Positions 50,625 to 63,083 of a stretch of 64,000 nucleotides of DNA are shown piece after piece. The notes beneath the pieces are model-generated. The model saw only the letters and a list, made by a program, of their open reading frames with translations, had not been told where the DNA came from and ran no database searches. The position numbers were made by a program, and so were the translations under genes. Source of the DNA: Octopus sinensis (Eukaryota); contig NC_043015.1 in assembly GCF_006345805.1 (NCBI RefSeq), forward strand, positions 46,686,001 through 46,750,000. Reading direction: 5' to 3'. Numbering within the stretch: position 1 is the first letter of the stretch; each line of letters opens with the position of its first letter.

Positions 50625-51483
50625 ACCCTTTACTTGCCAAATATAATAGTCCAATGGATTGAGATCTGGGGAATTAGGAGGCCAAATGTTAGGGATTATG
50701 TAATCGTGAAAATTTTCAGTCATCCATTCCTGTGTTACTAGAGCCATGTGTGATAGTGCAGAGTCTTACTGAAACATATATGGCCTTCCATTGCATACCC
50801 TGTCTATCCAGGTCTTAACAATTATTTCCAGGACCTCAATGTAGGCAGCAGAGTTAACTCTAAGGCCTTGTGGAATGAAGTAAGGAGGCATCACATGTTC
50901 TTCATTGCTGACAACCCCTAAAACCTTGACAGTTGCAGGAAGTTTTGTATGCATGACACTTGGAACTTCAGAAGGGTCTGCACATAACCATCTGTCATTT
51001 CTTCTTCTGTTAACTTTTTGATCTTGGTCGAAGTTTTTCTTGTTTGAGTACAACCAAATCAAATCTTCTTCTGCTGGATTTTTCTGTTTGTTTACGAGCC
51101 TTTTAAGTCTGATGTAGTGATTTTCTTTTGCTTTTTCTGACAAATTGACCTTTCCTCTTCATATAAGACATATCTGATGTCTTCCTGGACAACATTTCTG
51201 ACTGTTCCTTCTGAAACATGGAAATCTTTATCAATTGACCTCATGGACTTTCTGGGATTGTAATCAATGGTCTGTTGAACTTGCTGGATAAATTAAGATG
51301 TTTTGATGATTTCAGAGTGTTTAGGATGCTTTTTATGCTTTGATACTGGTGATATGTTTCCATCTTCAATCTCTAGCTCCTTACAAACTTTGTAGATGAA
51401 AGATCTGGCAACTTTTAAAAATCAAGATATTTCTAAATCGCTATGCTCAGCCTTTATAACCATAATAACAGCTTGCCTCTTCA
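50625..51483 (-). pseudogene. DD37D (maT/Bmmar1-like) transposase remnant
   Basis: NFDQDQKVNRRRNDRWLC..VLGVVSNE..YMFQ*DSALSH..WPPNSPDLNPLDYYIW; I count 37 residues between the second and third catalytic D. Confidence 0.88.
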
Positions 51484-51755
51484 TTTCTTGAGTAATCTGA
51501 GCACATTCTGCAAAGTGGTTGGCTTTAGGAAGGGCATCCAGCTGTAGAAATCATGCCACATGAAACAGTTTGCTGTCTGGATATCTCCCATCAAACTGTC
51601 CAGCCCATTCCAGCATGGACAATGGATGTTAAACAATGATGATGATTCCCTACAGTTTAACTTCAAGTTCTACTTGGATCACCTTTGTCCATTCCTCTCT
51701 TTGGGATTGATAAAATTAACAAGACATGGAGTTCTCTTGGAGATTGATGGAATTA

Positions 51756-52321
51756 TTGGGTTGTCCAGAAAGTTCATGCCAGTTTTTAAAGGAAAGTAAA
51801 AGGTCAATAAATGCTTGCCATTACATTTTTAATCAACCAAATATGAACCATTTTGTTGCACAGTGCGTCTCCATCTTTCCCTTAACTTGAAAATACCCTC
51901 TTCCCAGAACTGAGGTGGTTTCATGGCAAAGAATTCATCACGGTATCTTTTTACGTCATCCAAGGAATTGAAATTTTTACCATTAAGACTATTCTGCAGA
52001 GACCTGAGTAAGTGGAAATTCAAAGGAGCAATATCTGGTGAATATGGAAGGTGGGGTAACACATCCCAGCCGAGCTGCAGCAATTTTTGTCTGGTTCCCA
52101 AAGCATCAAGTGCTGAAAATGAACTTTCTTATCTTCCATTTTAAAGGGTTACAGAATTAACACAAGTTATAGGAACATAAACCTTCTTCCACGAAAAGAT
52201 AGCTTAAACTGTGCTCTAAATGGAGGTGTAGTCAAATCTTATTTTATGGACTCAACCATGTTGTAAAATAAGTTGAAAGGTAAGCTACTAGAAATCAGCA
52301 CGAACTTTCCTGACGACCCAA
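51756..52321 (-). mobile_element. Internally deleted mariner with both TIRs and TA TSD
   Basis: TA|TTGGGTTGTCCAGAAAGTTCATG ... CACGAACTTTCCTGACGACCCAA|TA; retains C-term PYSPDIAP..RSLQNSLNGKNF..KLRERW. Confidence 0.9.
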
Positions 52322-52407
52322 TAGTTGGCTACAGTTCTTCTTTAGTGGCATTTTGTATTTGCAATGTAATGATGGTATGCCCCTTAGTAATGTTTCTATT
52401 GTTTTAG

Positions 52408-52553
52408 GTAGCATCTTGCATCGCTGGAAAAAGAATTGGTTTGTCCTCTACAAGAGTGGCAAGCTACGCTATTTTGAGAGCCCACACAGCCGCTGCTGTG
52501 ATGATGTCTTGATGATCCCTTCAGCATTGGTGTGTATAAAAACAGGTAAAGAG
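52408..52553 (+). CDS. PLEKHB2: PLEKHB-family PH domain, second coding exon (SILHRWKKNWFVLYKSGKLRYFESPHSRCCDDVLMIPSALVCIKTGKE)
   Basis: TTTTAG| acceptor, GAG|GTAAGT donor; phase 1 to 0 fits neighbouring exons; aligns with recalled TILKRWKKNWF...INIRTGQE. Confidence 0.9.
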
Positions 52554-53009
52554 GTAAGTTATTTCTTTATTAGCACATAGTTATGAGTTTTCTGCATGTC
52601 CTTTTATTGTTTTACTCTTTTGCTTGTAAAAGTCATTAGACTTCGACCATGCTGGAGCACCACCTTGAATTTTAGTCGAATGAGTCAACCCTAATGCCTT
52701 TTTAATTATTATTGTTTTTTAAGCCTGGTACTTATTCTGTAGGTCTCTTTCGCAGAACCACTAAGTTACAGGGAAGTAAACACATCAACACCGGTTCTCA
52801 AGCAGTAGTAGGAGGACAAACACACACACACACACAAACACAAATCTTCCTCTTGCACAAGTTTCTACATAGATATCTTGGTATATCATTACCTGTCTGT
52901 TATCCTTCTAACAAGTCCGTATTAGCACAATCTCTTCTCATGCATGCTACAACCAATTCCTCATTTGTGCCCACCCCATTCAATACTACAACCAATTCCT
53001 CATTTGTGC

Positions 53010-53241
53010 CTATTTCTTTACTACCCACAAGGGACTAAACACAGAGAGGACAAACAAGGACAGACAAACGGATTAAGTCGATTATATCGACCCCAGTGCG
53101 TAACTGGTACTTAATTTATCGACCCTGAAAGGACGAAAGGCAAAGTTGACCTTGGCAGAATTTGAACTCAGAACATAACGGCAGACGAAATACGGCTACG
53201 CATTTCACCCAGCGTGCTAACGTGTCTGCCAGCTCGCCGCC
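53010..53241 (-). mobile_element. SINE family A inserted in a 37-bp minisatellite
   Basis: TSD TTTGTGCC(T); flanking unit CCCCATTCAATACTACAACCAATTCCTCATTTGTG is repeated. Confidence 0.85.
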
Positions 53242-53774
53242 TTTGTGCCTACCCCATTCAATACTACAACCAATTCCTCATTTGTGCTCCTTTTCAAAGC
53301 AGTGGCACTAATGAAGTAACTAAGTACTTGCAAGAGACAAGACCTCTCGACTGAGTGGAGTTTAGTATTGAATGGGGTGGGCATTGTAAAGTGGTTGGCA
53401 TTGTAAAGTGGTTGGCATTTGGAAGAGTAACCTATTGTAGAAACTATGCCAAAACACACACTAGTGCTTGCTACAGTCCTTTCACTGGTTGGTTCCTGTC
53501 GAACTGTCCAACTCAGGGCCAGCATGAAAAAAACAAACATTAAATGATGTTGCTGTTGTTGATGATGATGATGATGAGGAGGAGGAGGAATACTTGCCTT
53601 ATTTATTTCCATCATTTGCTTTAGATTCTCATGTTTAGCTAACATGTAACAAGATCTGCCCTTCATTTGTAGATAGAACCCCATGGCTCAAAGAGGGTAG
53701 CTTCTGGTCCTCACTCATGAAGACATTCCTATTCATTCATTCATGTATAATTGTAAAATCCTTAATGTATTTAC

Positions 53775-53992
53775 TCTTTCTCTTACTCTCTTTACTCTTT
53801 TACTTGTTTCTGTCATTTGACTGCAGCCATGCTGGAGCACCGCCTTTAGTCGAGCAAATCGACCCCGGGACTTATTCTTTGTAAGCCCAGTACTTATTCT
53901 ATCGGTCTCTTTTGCCGAACCGCTAAGTGACGGGGATGTAAACACACCAGCATCGGTTGTCGAGCAATGCTAGGGGAACAAACACAGACACA

Positions 53993-54057
<65 letters not shown>

Positions 54058-54160
54058 TTATATGACAGGCTTCTTTCAGTTTCCGTCTACCAAATCCACT
54101 CACAAGTCATTGGTCGGCCCGGGGCTATAGCAGAAGACACTTGCCCAAAATGCCACGCTG
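53775..54160 (-). mobile_element. SINE family B
   Basis: Consensus match; another full copy at 61778-62160(+). Confidence 0.9.
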
Positions 54161-54614
54161 AAGAATAATCTTATCTCAAGCCAGCAAATCAGTAAGATTT
54201 GGTAGAGCCAAGGACAAAATGCCATGGTGTATTTGATTACAAACATTTACATTCAGCATGCAATAATACATGAGAAATCCACACTTGTCAAATATATCCT
54301 CTGACATGACATTTTTTTGTTTCATTTGTCTAAATCTTTATAGATGCAAGCTTAGTGTGTGGTTCAGAAGCTAGCTTTGCAACCATGTGGTTTGGTGTTC
54401 AGTCCCACTGTGTGACACCTTGGGAAAGTGTCTTATATTATAGCTCCAGGTCAACCAGTGCCTTGTGAGTGAATTTGCCTGATGGAAACTGAGTGGAAGT
54501 CCATAATACATAATATATATATATATATATAATAAATAATAATAATAATAATAAAATGACAACTAAAGAATGAGACCTCGATATTATGTAAGTAGAGAAA
54601 TTTATATATATGTA

Positions 54615-54836
54615 TAATCGATAATCGGTGGACGCACACAGTTGTCGAGTGGTACCCGCGTGAGCGGAAAAGACCACCCGGAAGACCTCCATGACGGTGG
54701 AGTGACGATTTCAAGAGGACGATTGGGATCACGTGGATGAGAAAGGCGCGATCCAGAGAGGAGTGGACAGCATGCTGTGACCAGCGGTGTCAAATGGACG
54801 CCTGACGGACTGGTCGGTCAAAGTGAAGTGATCAAA

Positions 54837-54840
<4 letters not shown>
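54615..54840 (+). mobile_element. RTE-clade LINE extreme 3' end
   Basis: DNRWTHTVVEWYPRERKRPPGRPP*RWSDDFKRTIGITWMRKARSREEW, then a short repeated AAGTGA tail. Confidence 0.8.
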
Positions 54841-54879
<39 letters not shown>

Positions 54880-55813
54880 TAGCATAGGACAATCAGTAAG
54901 TTGTCATAATATAACTCAGAGTTTCAAATGCTGGAGCTAAGAGCTTTGAGGCATTTTCATGGGCTATTTTGACAATAGACACTATGAAAAGGAAAACAAA
55001 AAAAGAAAGAAAAAAAAGTTCAATAAAAGGGAAGTTACTCTCAAAGGTATGAAAAAGTATATCTTTTGGATATATAAATATATAGCTTTTTGAGCTTTAT
55101 AACTTATGATTTATTTGTATTGTTATTTTAAAAAAAAATTTCAACATCTTTATATTATACAAATAAATTATTCATACATCCATCTTCCTCCATTTTCTTT
55201 CTTTCAATATTAGTATGTATATCTTTATGTTCTGAGTTCAAATTCCGCCAAGGTCGACTTTGCCTTTCATTCTTTCGGAGTCTATAAATTAAGTACCAGT
55301 TGCATACTGAAGTCGATCTAATCGACTGGACCTCTCCCCACAAATTTCGGGCCTTGTGCCTAGAGTAGAAAAGAATATTAATAATATGTATTACTACAAT
55401 AATCCTTAACATATTGCTGAGGCTTTCTTATTATGGGATAGTGATTAACCAGTAGAATTTTTTAGATTATATAATCCCTAATGTAGATCTAACATCTTCG
55501 AAATGACCATATATATATATATCATCATCATCATCATTGTTTAAGGCCCGTCTTCCATGCATCCATGGGTAGGACAGTTTACAGGAGCCAGCCAGGTAGA
55601 ATATTTACCCAAGGCTACTGTGTCTGTTTTGGCAGGGATTTTATGACTGGATGCCCTTCCTAGCAGCTGTAAAACTCCTGCATGTATATATCGTCATCAT
55701 CATCATCATCGTTTAACGTCCGTTCTCCATGCTAGCATGGGTTGGACGGTCCGACCAGGGATCTGGGAAGCCAGAAGGCTGCACCAGGCTCCAGTCTGAT
55801 CTGGCAGTGTTTC

Positions 55814-55937
55814 TACAGCTGGATGCCCTTCCTAACGCCATATATATATATATATATCATCATCATCGTTTAGCGTCCGTTTAAACGATGATGATGATAT
55901 ATATATATATATATATGGCGTTAGGAAGGGCATCCAG

Positions 55938-55942
<5 letters not shown>
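55814..55942. repeat. Near-perfect hairpin (about 60-bp arms, 9-nt loop) made of family D pieces
   Basis: TACAGCTGGATGCCCTTCCTAACGCCA(TA)n(CAT)nCGTTTA and its reverse complement. Confidence 0.9.
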
Positions 55943-55987
<45 letters not shown>

Positions 55988-57336
55988 TTATATATACACA
56001 CACTCACACACACACACACACACATATAAGGGGAAACATGCAGAAGTGGTAGATCTAGGAAGTGGTGAGAAAGGATCTACAAATGTTGGGACTCATAGAA
56101 GGGATGACAGGCAGTTTGATGTGCTTGAAAAAGCCAAGCTAAATAAAAGCATGCTTGCCTTTGCATATAGGCTTGTCCCTTGCAACCCTCTGTAGCTGAG
56201 CATCCCTAATCTTATGGGCTCTTAAGTGCTGGTGCCATGTAAAAAGCTCCCATGCCAGTGCTGTGTAAAAGCACTAAATACCCTCTGTAAACTGGTTGGT
56301 GTTAGGAAGGGCATCCAGCCATAGAAATCATAGCAAAACAGACAGTGGGCCCTAAAAAGCCGTTCAGCTAGTCAGCTCCTGTCGAACTAACTCATGCCAA
56401 CATGGAAAACAGGTGCTAAATGATGATGATGATGATGGTTTTATAAGTGTGTGTTTGTTTGTCCCTCCCTCACCTTACACCTTACATCCCCATAAACTAG
56501 TTGTTCAGCAAATGAGACGCATAGAGTAAGTACCAGACTTAAGTTAAGTACCGAGGTTAATTTGTTTAGCTAAAAACAGTGCTCCAGCTTGGCTGCTGTT
56601 CAGTGACTGAAATAAATAAAAGATAAAAGGTGTATGTATAGGTGTGTGGTAAGAAGTTTGCTTCCCAACCACAGGGTCTTGGTTTCAATCCTTTTGTGTG
56701 GCACCTTGGGCAAGTGTCAAAGCCTTGTGAATCAATCTGGTAGACTGAAACTGAAAGAACCCCATCAAATGTGTGTGTGCACGTGTACATGTATGCGCAT
56801 GTGTGTGAAGGCTCATGACCTAGTGGTTAGGCATATTGCCCTAACAATCGTGAAATCTTGGTTTCAATTCCCAAGCTGGCTGTGTGTTGTATTCTTGTGC
56901 AAAACATTTAATTTCACACTGCCCCAGCTTCAGCTGTAAATGGATAACCCTGCAATGGACAAGCTTTTCGACCAGGGGGCAATGTTGGCCTGCTTGTCTA
57001 GTCAGCAGGATGGCATTATCCAAAAACTAAAACGATACAAAGCACATTGTGAGCAGTAATGTGTAACAACATCTGATGGTCTGGTTGATCATGTCATCAC
57101 ATGATATATGTATATATATGTGTGTGTATATATGTGTGTATATACATGTGTGTGTATGTGAGTATATATATGTGTGTGTGTATGTGAGTATATATATGTG
57201 TGTGTGTATGTGAGTATATATATGTGCGTGTGTGTGTGAGTATATATATATATGTGTGTGTATGTATGTGTGCGTGTGTATATGTGCGCATATGTGTGTA
57301 TGTATGTGTGTGTGTGTATATGTATGTGTGTGTATA

Positions 57337-57368
<32 letters not shown>

Positions 57369-57765
57369 ATGTGAGAAAGAAAGAAGAAACAAAATATCCT
57401 TAAGATGATATTTTGTGTGTGTGTACATGTATGTATATGTATTGTGGGTGTATGTGTCTTACTATCTGATTTCATGTGGCAGTTGTAAGCACATGTGACC
57501 ATCATGCAAGTGGTTCCCTTTATTTCCAATCTTCCATGAAAACATGTCTGGTCACAGGGAGGTATTACCTTGCTTGGAAACAGGCAAAGGTTTGTGACAG
57601 GAAGAGCATCCAGCTGTAGAAAATGCACCTCAGCAAGTTCTGTGTGACCCATGCAAGCATGGAAAAGTGAATGTTAAACGATGATGATAATGAGGAAATG
57701 ACAATAACAAAACGTTGTTTTTTTGGGGGTTTTTTTGTAATTCTTTATTCTTCAACTATTTTTAG

Positions 57766-57875
57766 GTGGCTATGTCCAACCCACTTCCTTCACACCTGAA
57801 CCGCAATTGTCTGATAGAATTGGTAGCACGAGACAGAAGGTTGTTGTTGTGTGCAGAAAGTTCTGATGACACAAG
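57766..57875 (+). CDS. PLEKHB2: PLEKHB-family PH domain, third coding exon (VAMSNPLPSHLNRNCLIELVARDRRLLLCAESSDDT-R)
   Basis: TTTTAG| acceptor, AG|GTAAGA donor (phase 2); matches recalled CMLQIVCRDGKTISLCAESTDDC. Next exon not found in the window. Confidence 0.88.
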
Positions 57876-58624
57876 GTAAGATATCCATTTTAAACATTAA
57901 AATCCACAACAAAAACCTCAGGTATTACCTTCTGTATATTTTACATTTTTCGTATTCCCCTCTCTCTCTCTCTTGCGGAGAGACACTGAACAGCTATATG
58001 CACACATACACACAAGGCAGTAACTTCCACCTACCGGATTCAATCACAAAGTTTCGGTCGGCTCGGGGCTATAGTGGAAGACACCTACCCAAAGTGCCAC
58101 GCAGTGGGACTGAACCTGAAACCATATAGCTTGGAAGCAAACTCCCTAACCACACAGCCATGCCCGCGCCTACAGTCATGCCCGTATTCATTTGTCTCAA
58201 TTGTCCAAAGCCAAATGTCTCTGTTACTCAGAGAGAGAGAGAGAAAGCATCGTACATAATTAACAAATTATTTTTAGGGCAAGTCAGTGACGTCCCTCTA
58301 TGTGGACACTCAGAAATAGCAGCCAAATTTTCCTTCAAATTCACTCAAAGTGCACCATACCCTTCTTTCATAGAAAAGATTGTATGATTGCACTTACTGG
58401 AAAAAAGACTGGATGGGCCCGGCTAGAACGTCTCTGACCAATAGGTCTGCTCAGTCAGAGTTGATCTTGCGGCTAAACAACAACAGCAGCTATTTTCAAT
58501 TATCATCAACTTCCAGAATACCCCGGATGGGGATGGGTGTCAATAAGTATAAGGTAAAAATAATTAAGGGGAAGTAACTCTTGGTAAAAAATGAATACCT
58601 TGTAGTATCTATAGTTATCGGAAA

Positions 58625-59022
58625 TTAATATTCTTTACTCTAGGCACAAGGCCCGAAATTTTTTTGGGGGCGGGGCAGTCGATTACATCGACTCCAGTAC
58701 GCAACTGGTACTTATCGAACCCGAAAGGATGAAAGGCAACGTCGACCTCGGCAGAATTTGAACTCAGAAGTAAAGACAGACGAAATACCTATTTCTTTAC
58801 TACCTGCAAGGGGCTGAACATAGAGGGGACAAGCACGGACAGACATAGGTATTAAGTCGATTACATCGACCCCAGTTCGTAACTGGTACTTAATTTATCG
58901 ATCCCGAAAGGACGAAAGGCAAAGTCGACCTCGGCGGAATTTGAACTCTGAACGTAAAGACAGACGAAATACCACTAAGCATTTCGCCTGGTGTGCTAAC
59001 GTTTCTCTCAGCTCGTCGCCTT
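58625..59022 (-). mobile_element. Dimeric SINE family A with two different tails
   Basis: Junction GAAATAGGTATTTC at about 58781-58796; second unit ends in the alternative GGCCTTGTGCCTAGAGTA tail. Confidence 0.85.
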
Positions 59023-59365
59023 ATCGGAAACTGATATTGATAAATAAACTATCGGTTTGTAGCCAGGCACAAAGAAGCCAGCGCTATTTTGAAACAGCGA
59101 CATCTTACCTGCAACCATTGCCATACACGAGACTAAAATGAGATCTCACCTGTAACCATTATTGAAGAAAAAGACAACATTTTCCCCTCTCATTCTTCTC
59201 AGGCTGAGGCCGAGAAGACACTTTGAAGCCAGGAGCTCACAGTGGACTTTGGTCTCACTGTGATACTACATGCATTGTCTCCAGACGTTATTGAACCTCA
59301 CATGTATGGGAGAGAAGGCTAACTACACACTACTGTGAAGATGGTTACTGAAAGCAAACCCCTTG

Positions 59366-59783
59366 GGATCTTTTCGGTTTGAATGGCAGTTTTTAACATA
59401 ATTTCTAGGTAACTAAAAAAATTTTAAACTTCGTATACTGGTAGAATGTGTTTATAAAACATCTTTTTTTCTCTTGGCTTTATTGAGAAAATTCTATAGT
59501 TTGTAAGATATTTGTTGTTTTTCTTCAAATTCTGCAATTTCAACCAACAGTGACGTCTATTGAGTTAAAAAACATTCTGTGCCGTATGAATAAGTCCCTC
59601 GTTTAAGAAACAGATTGGGTTTATTTACATTTGTGAAGAAAAAAGATACCCTTCCCCCACCCCTAACTACCCCTAACCCTAAAACAGATTGAAGTGAAAT
59701 AGATCGATACTAGGGTCATAATTATGGGTGACAATTTCATATGACACCGCTAGAAAAAACTGCCGTTCAAACCGAAAAGATTC
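59366..59783 (+). mobile_element. MITE family M
   Basis: TIRs present; flanks share ACCCCTT (about 8-bp TSD). Confidence 0.88.
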
Positions 59784-60002
59784 AACCCCTTTTATGAAGC
59801 ACCTGTGAATAAATGGTTATTGAATTTACTCCGCCTGAGAACTTCATTCTTCGTATTTCCAGCTCCTTGAATCAACAGACTAATTATAATGGAAGCAGAA
59901 GATACCCCAAAAGTATCATAAAAACCTTCCATTATAAAATGGTGACCCCGACGTGCCTTCCTTCCATTTTAGGTTAGTTGCTGTCCGCAGAATTTCATAT
60001 AA

Positions 60003-60470
60003 TAATATAATGAAATTATTGTATACAGTGCTCAGGTGCACCACAACTTGTCAGAAAGTGCGTATAGAGTACATGCAGTAATGTACAAATGTCTAGAAAG
60101 CGAACAGTGTATGAGTCAGATACATGCTTGTGTGTGTATGGAGGGGAGAAAACCAGGTGTAGTGTTGGCGAATCTCAAGAGGCATGGAAGTTTTGAAGGA
60201 TGCAGTGCTCCGACAACTAACAACTGATGCCGGCAGTTTGTTCCATGCTTCAGCAACTCTCAACGTGAAAAAATGTTTCCTAAAGTCATGGGAGCTGTGC
60301 TGTTTTCTGACTTTGTAAATATGTCCACAGGTGTTAGACAGTTGGAGTTTGAAAAGGTGCCCAGAGTTATTGTTTGTAAGATGGTTAATAATTTTATGGT
60401 TGTCTGCCAAGTCAGCTGCCAGACGTCGGTGTTTCAATGTGTCCATGCCCAGGGAAGTAAGGCCTTGTGC
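60003..60470 (-). mobile_element. CR1-clade LINE 3' end
   Basis: DTLKHRRLAADLADNHKII..RGHIYKV..WNKLPASVV..HYT. Confidence 0.88.
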
Positions 60471-60754
60471 CTAAATTAGAAATACCTAAAAATAAATGCA
60501 GAACTAAATAATTTCAACTAGTATCTCACTAAATATTTGTTTTAAAGTCTTGTACTTATTTTCTCAGTCTCTTTTATTGAACTGCTAAGTTATAGGGCTT
60601 GGCTGTGTGGTAAGAAGCTTCCTTCTCAACCACATAGTTCCAGGTTCAGTCCCACTGTGTGACACCTTTGGCAAGTGTCTTCTACTATAGTCTTGGGCCA
60701 ACCAAAGTTTTGCAAGTGGATTTAGTAGATGAAAACTGTGAGAATCCCGTCATG

Positions 60755-60789
<35 letters not shown>

Positions 60790-61945
60790 CTTTGTCTCCC
60801 CCCACCCATCACTGCTTGACAACTGGTGTTGGTATGTTTACATCCCTGTAACTTAGCACTTCAGCAAAAGACACTGATAGACTAAGTACTAGGTTGTAAA
60901 AAAAAAATAATCCTGGAGTCGATTTGTTTGACTAAAACCCTTCAAAGTGGTGCTCCAGCATGGCTGCAGTTGAATGGTTAAGGTGTTGGACTCATAGTTG
61001 TAAGATTGTGGTTTCAATTCCTGGACTGGGCGACGCGTTGTGTTCTTGAGCAAAACACTTCATTTCACGTTGCCATCACATGTCTTATCTCTAACACTGC
61101 TTTTTAAACCTGATTGTTTATATTATGTTTACTCCTTTTACCTTCTAATTTATGTACCCCATTTTGATTTTTGGGGATTTTGAGTTACACTTTCTATTAT
61201 ATTATTTGAGTTATCATCATCATCATCATCATCATTTAGCGTCCGTTTTCCATGCTAGCATGGGTTGGACGGTTTAACTGGGGTCTGTGAAGCCGGAAGG
61301 CTTCATCAGGCCCAGTCAGATTTGGCAGTGTTTCTACGGCTGGATGCCCTTCCTAACGCCAACCACTCCGTGAGTGTAGTGGGTGCTTTTTACGTGCCAC
61401 CATCACAATTCACTACATCACAATTTATTTCGCTGTTACTAAGTGGTTTTCCACCACATTTCTTAAAAATTGTGGTAGAGGCCTTGGTTTCGGGACCATT
61501 CATGTCGAGAAACTGAAGTTGGGGGTAAGCGGGGGCAGGCTTCCTGTAGAAAATCCAGCTCCAAAAAAGCCTCATGATAGCAAAGGAGAATGGTTACCAG
61601 CCAGCCCAAAAATTGGGGTGGGGTGCACTTGCCTACCTTGGCTGCTTATGGCATTGAGGTAGATCTGGCCACCTCTGTTAACAAGGGAGGGGTGCTGGAT
61701 TTAAAACACTGGATGATGATGATGATGATATGCATTAAGTTACTATCTTTAGTATGTGTTTACCTGTTCAGATCCTTGCAGGAGTGGCTTTGTGGTAAGT
61801 AGGTTGTTTACCAACCACATGGTTCCGGGTTCAGTCCCACTGCGTGGCACCTTGGGCAAGTGTCTTCTACTATAGCTTCGGGCCGACCAAAGCCTTGTGA
61901 GTGGATTTGGTAGACGGAAACTGAAAGAAGCCTGTCGTATATATG

Positions 61946-61978
<33 letters not shown>

Positions 61979-62554
61979 TTGCGTGTCTGTGTTTGTCCCC
62001 CTAGCATTGCTTGACAACCGATGCTGGTGTGTTTACGTCCCCGTAACTTAGTGGTTCGGCAAAAAAGACCGATAGAATAAGTCCCGGGGTCGATTTGCTC
62101 GACTAAAGGCGGTGCTCCAGCATGGCCGCAGTCAAATGACTGAAACAAGTAAAAGAGAGAAAGAGTATAGCAAAGGAGAATGGTTACCAGCCAGCCCAAA
62201 AGTTGGGTCGGGGTGCACTTGCCTACCTTGGCTGCTTATGGCCGCAGTCAAATGACTGAAACAAGTAAAAGAGTAAAAGAGTGAGTATAGAGTATTGTTT
62301 TCGCCAGTTATTTCCCTTGCATCATTTTCCGTATTAACTTTATTTACATCAATGACTTATTTCGTGTAATTTTCTTAAGTGTTCATTTCTATGTAGAAAG
62401 AATTTCGTAAATTTAATATTCTCAACTATAGACCACTGTTCATCTCCAAATGCTGTTAAGTACTAGTTTGACGGTGGTTATTTCCTTGTCTTAAAAGTCC
62501 TCTGTATTTGTAACGTGTCTTCACTATTCTTACTGTTGGAGCTTTCATCTTTCT

Positions 62555-62950
62555 TAATAATAATAATGAAATTATTGTATACAGTGCTCAGGTGCACCAC
62601 AACTTGTCAGAAAGTGCGTATAGAGTATATGCAGTAATGTACAAATGTCTGGAAAGCGAACAATGTATGAGTCAGATACATGCTTGGTTGTGTATGGAGG
62701 GGAGAAAATCAGGTGTAGTGTTGGCGAATCTCAGGAAGCATGGAAGTTTTGAAGGATGCAGTGCTCTGACAACTAACAACCGATGCCGGCAGTTTGTTCC
62801 ATGCTTCAGCAACTCTCAGCGTGAAAAAATGTTTCCTAAAGTCATGGGAGCTGTGCTGTTTTCTGACTTTGTAAATATGTCCACGGGTGTTAGACGGGTG
62901 GAGTTTGAAAAGGTGCTCAGAGTTATTGTTTGTAAGATGGTTGATAATTT
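62555..62950 (-). mobile_element. CR1-clade LINE 3' end
   Basis: Same family as 60003-60470. Confidence 0.88.
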
Positions 62951-63083
62951 CTTATAGAATCATGCTCTCCATCTCATTCTTTGTCTGAAGGTATTTATTT
63001 TATAGATGATATCTCTTTTTGTATTCCTTTTTTGATGGTATTGGAGTATCTTTCATGGATATATTTATATTTATTATTTCCAT
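62950..63083 (-). mobile_element. 5' fragment of a second Penelope-like element
   Basis: Manual translation MEIININISMKDTPIPSKRNTKRDIIYKINTFRQRMRWRA, homologous to the N-terminus at 9695. Confidence 0.75.

Noticed and set aside
59195-59270. Next PLEKHB exon after CTTCTCAG acceptor
   Set aside because: Phase-2 reading lacks the conserved PH-domain Trp and hits a stop.
11470-62199. Recurrent MSSNARGTNTDTQ, MLGGQTQTH and MTTDAGVFT ORFs
   Set aside because: Incidental frames in non-coding SINE B copies.
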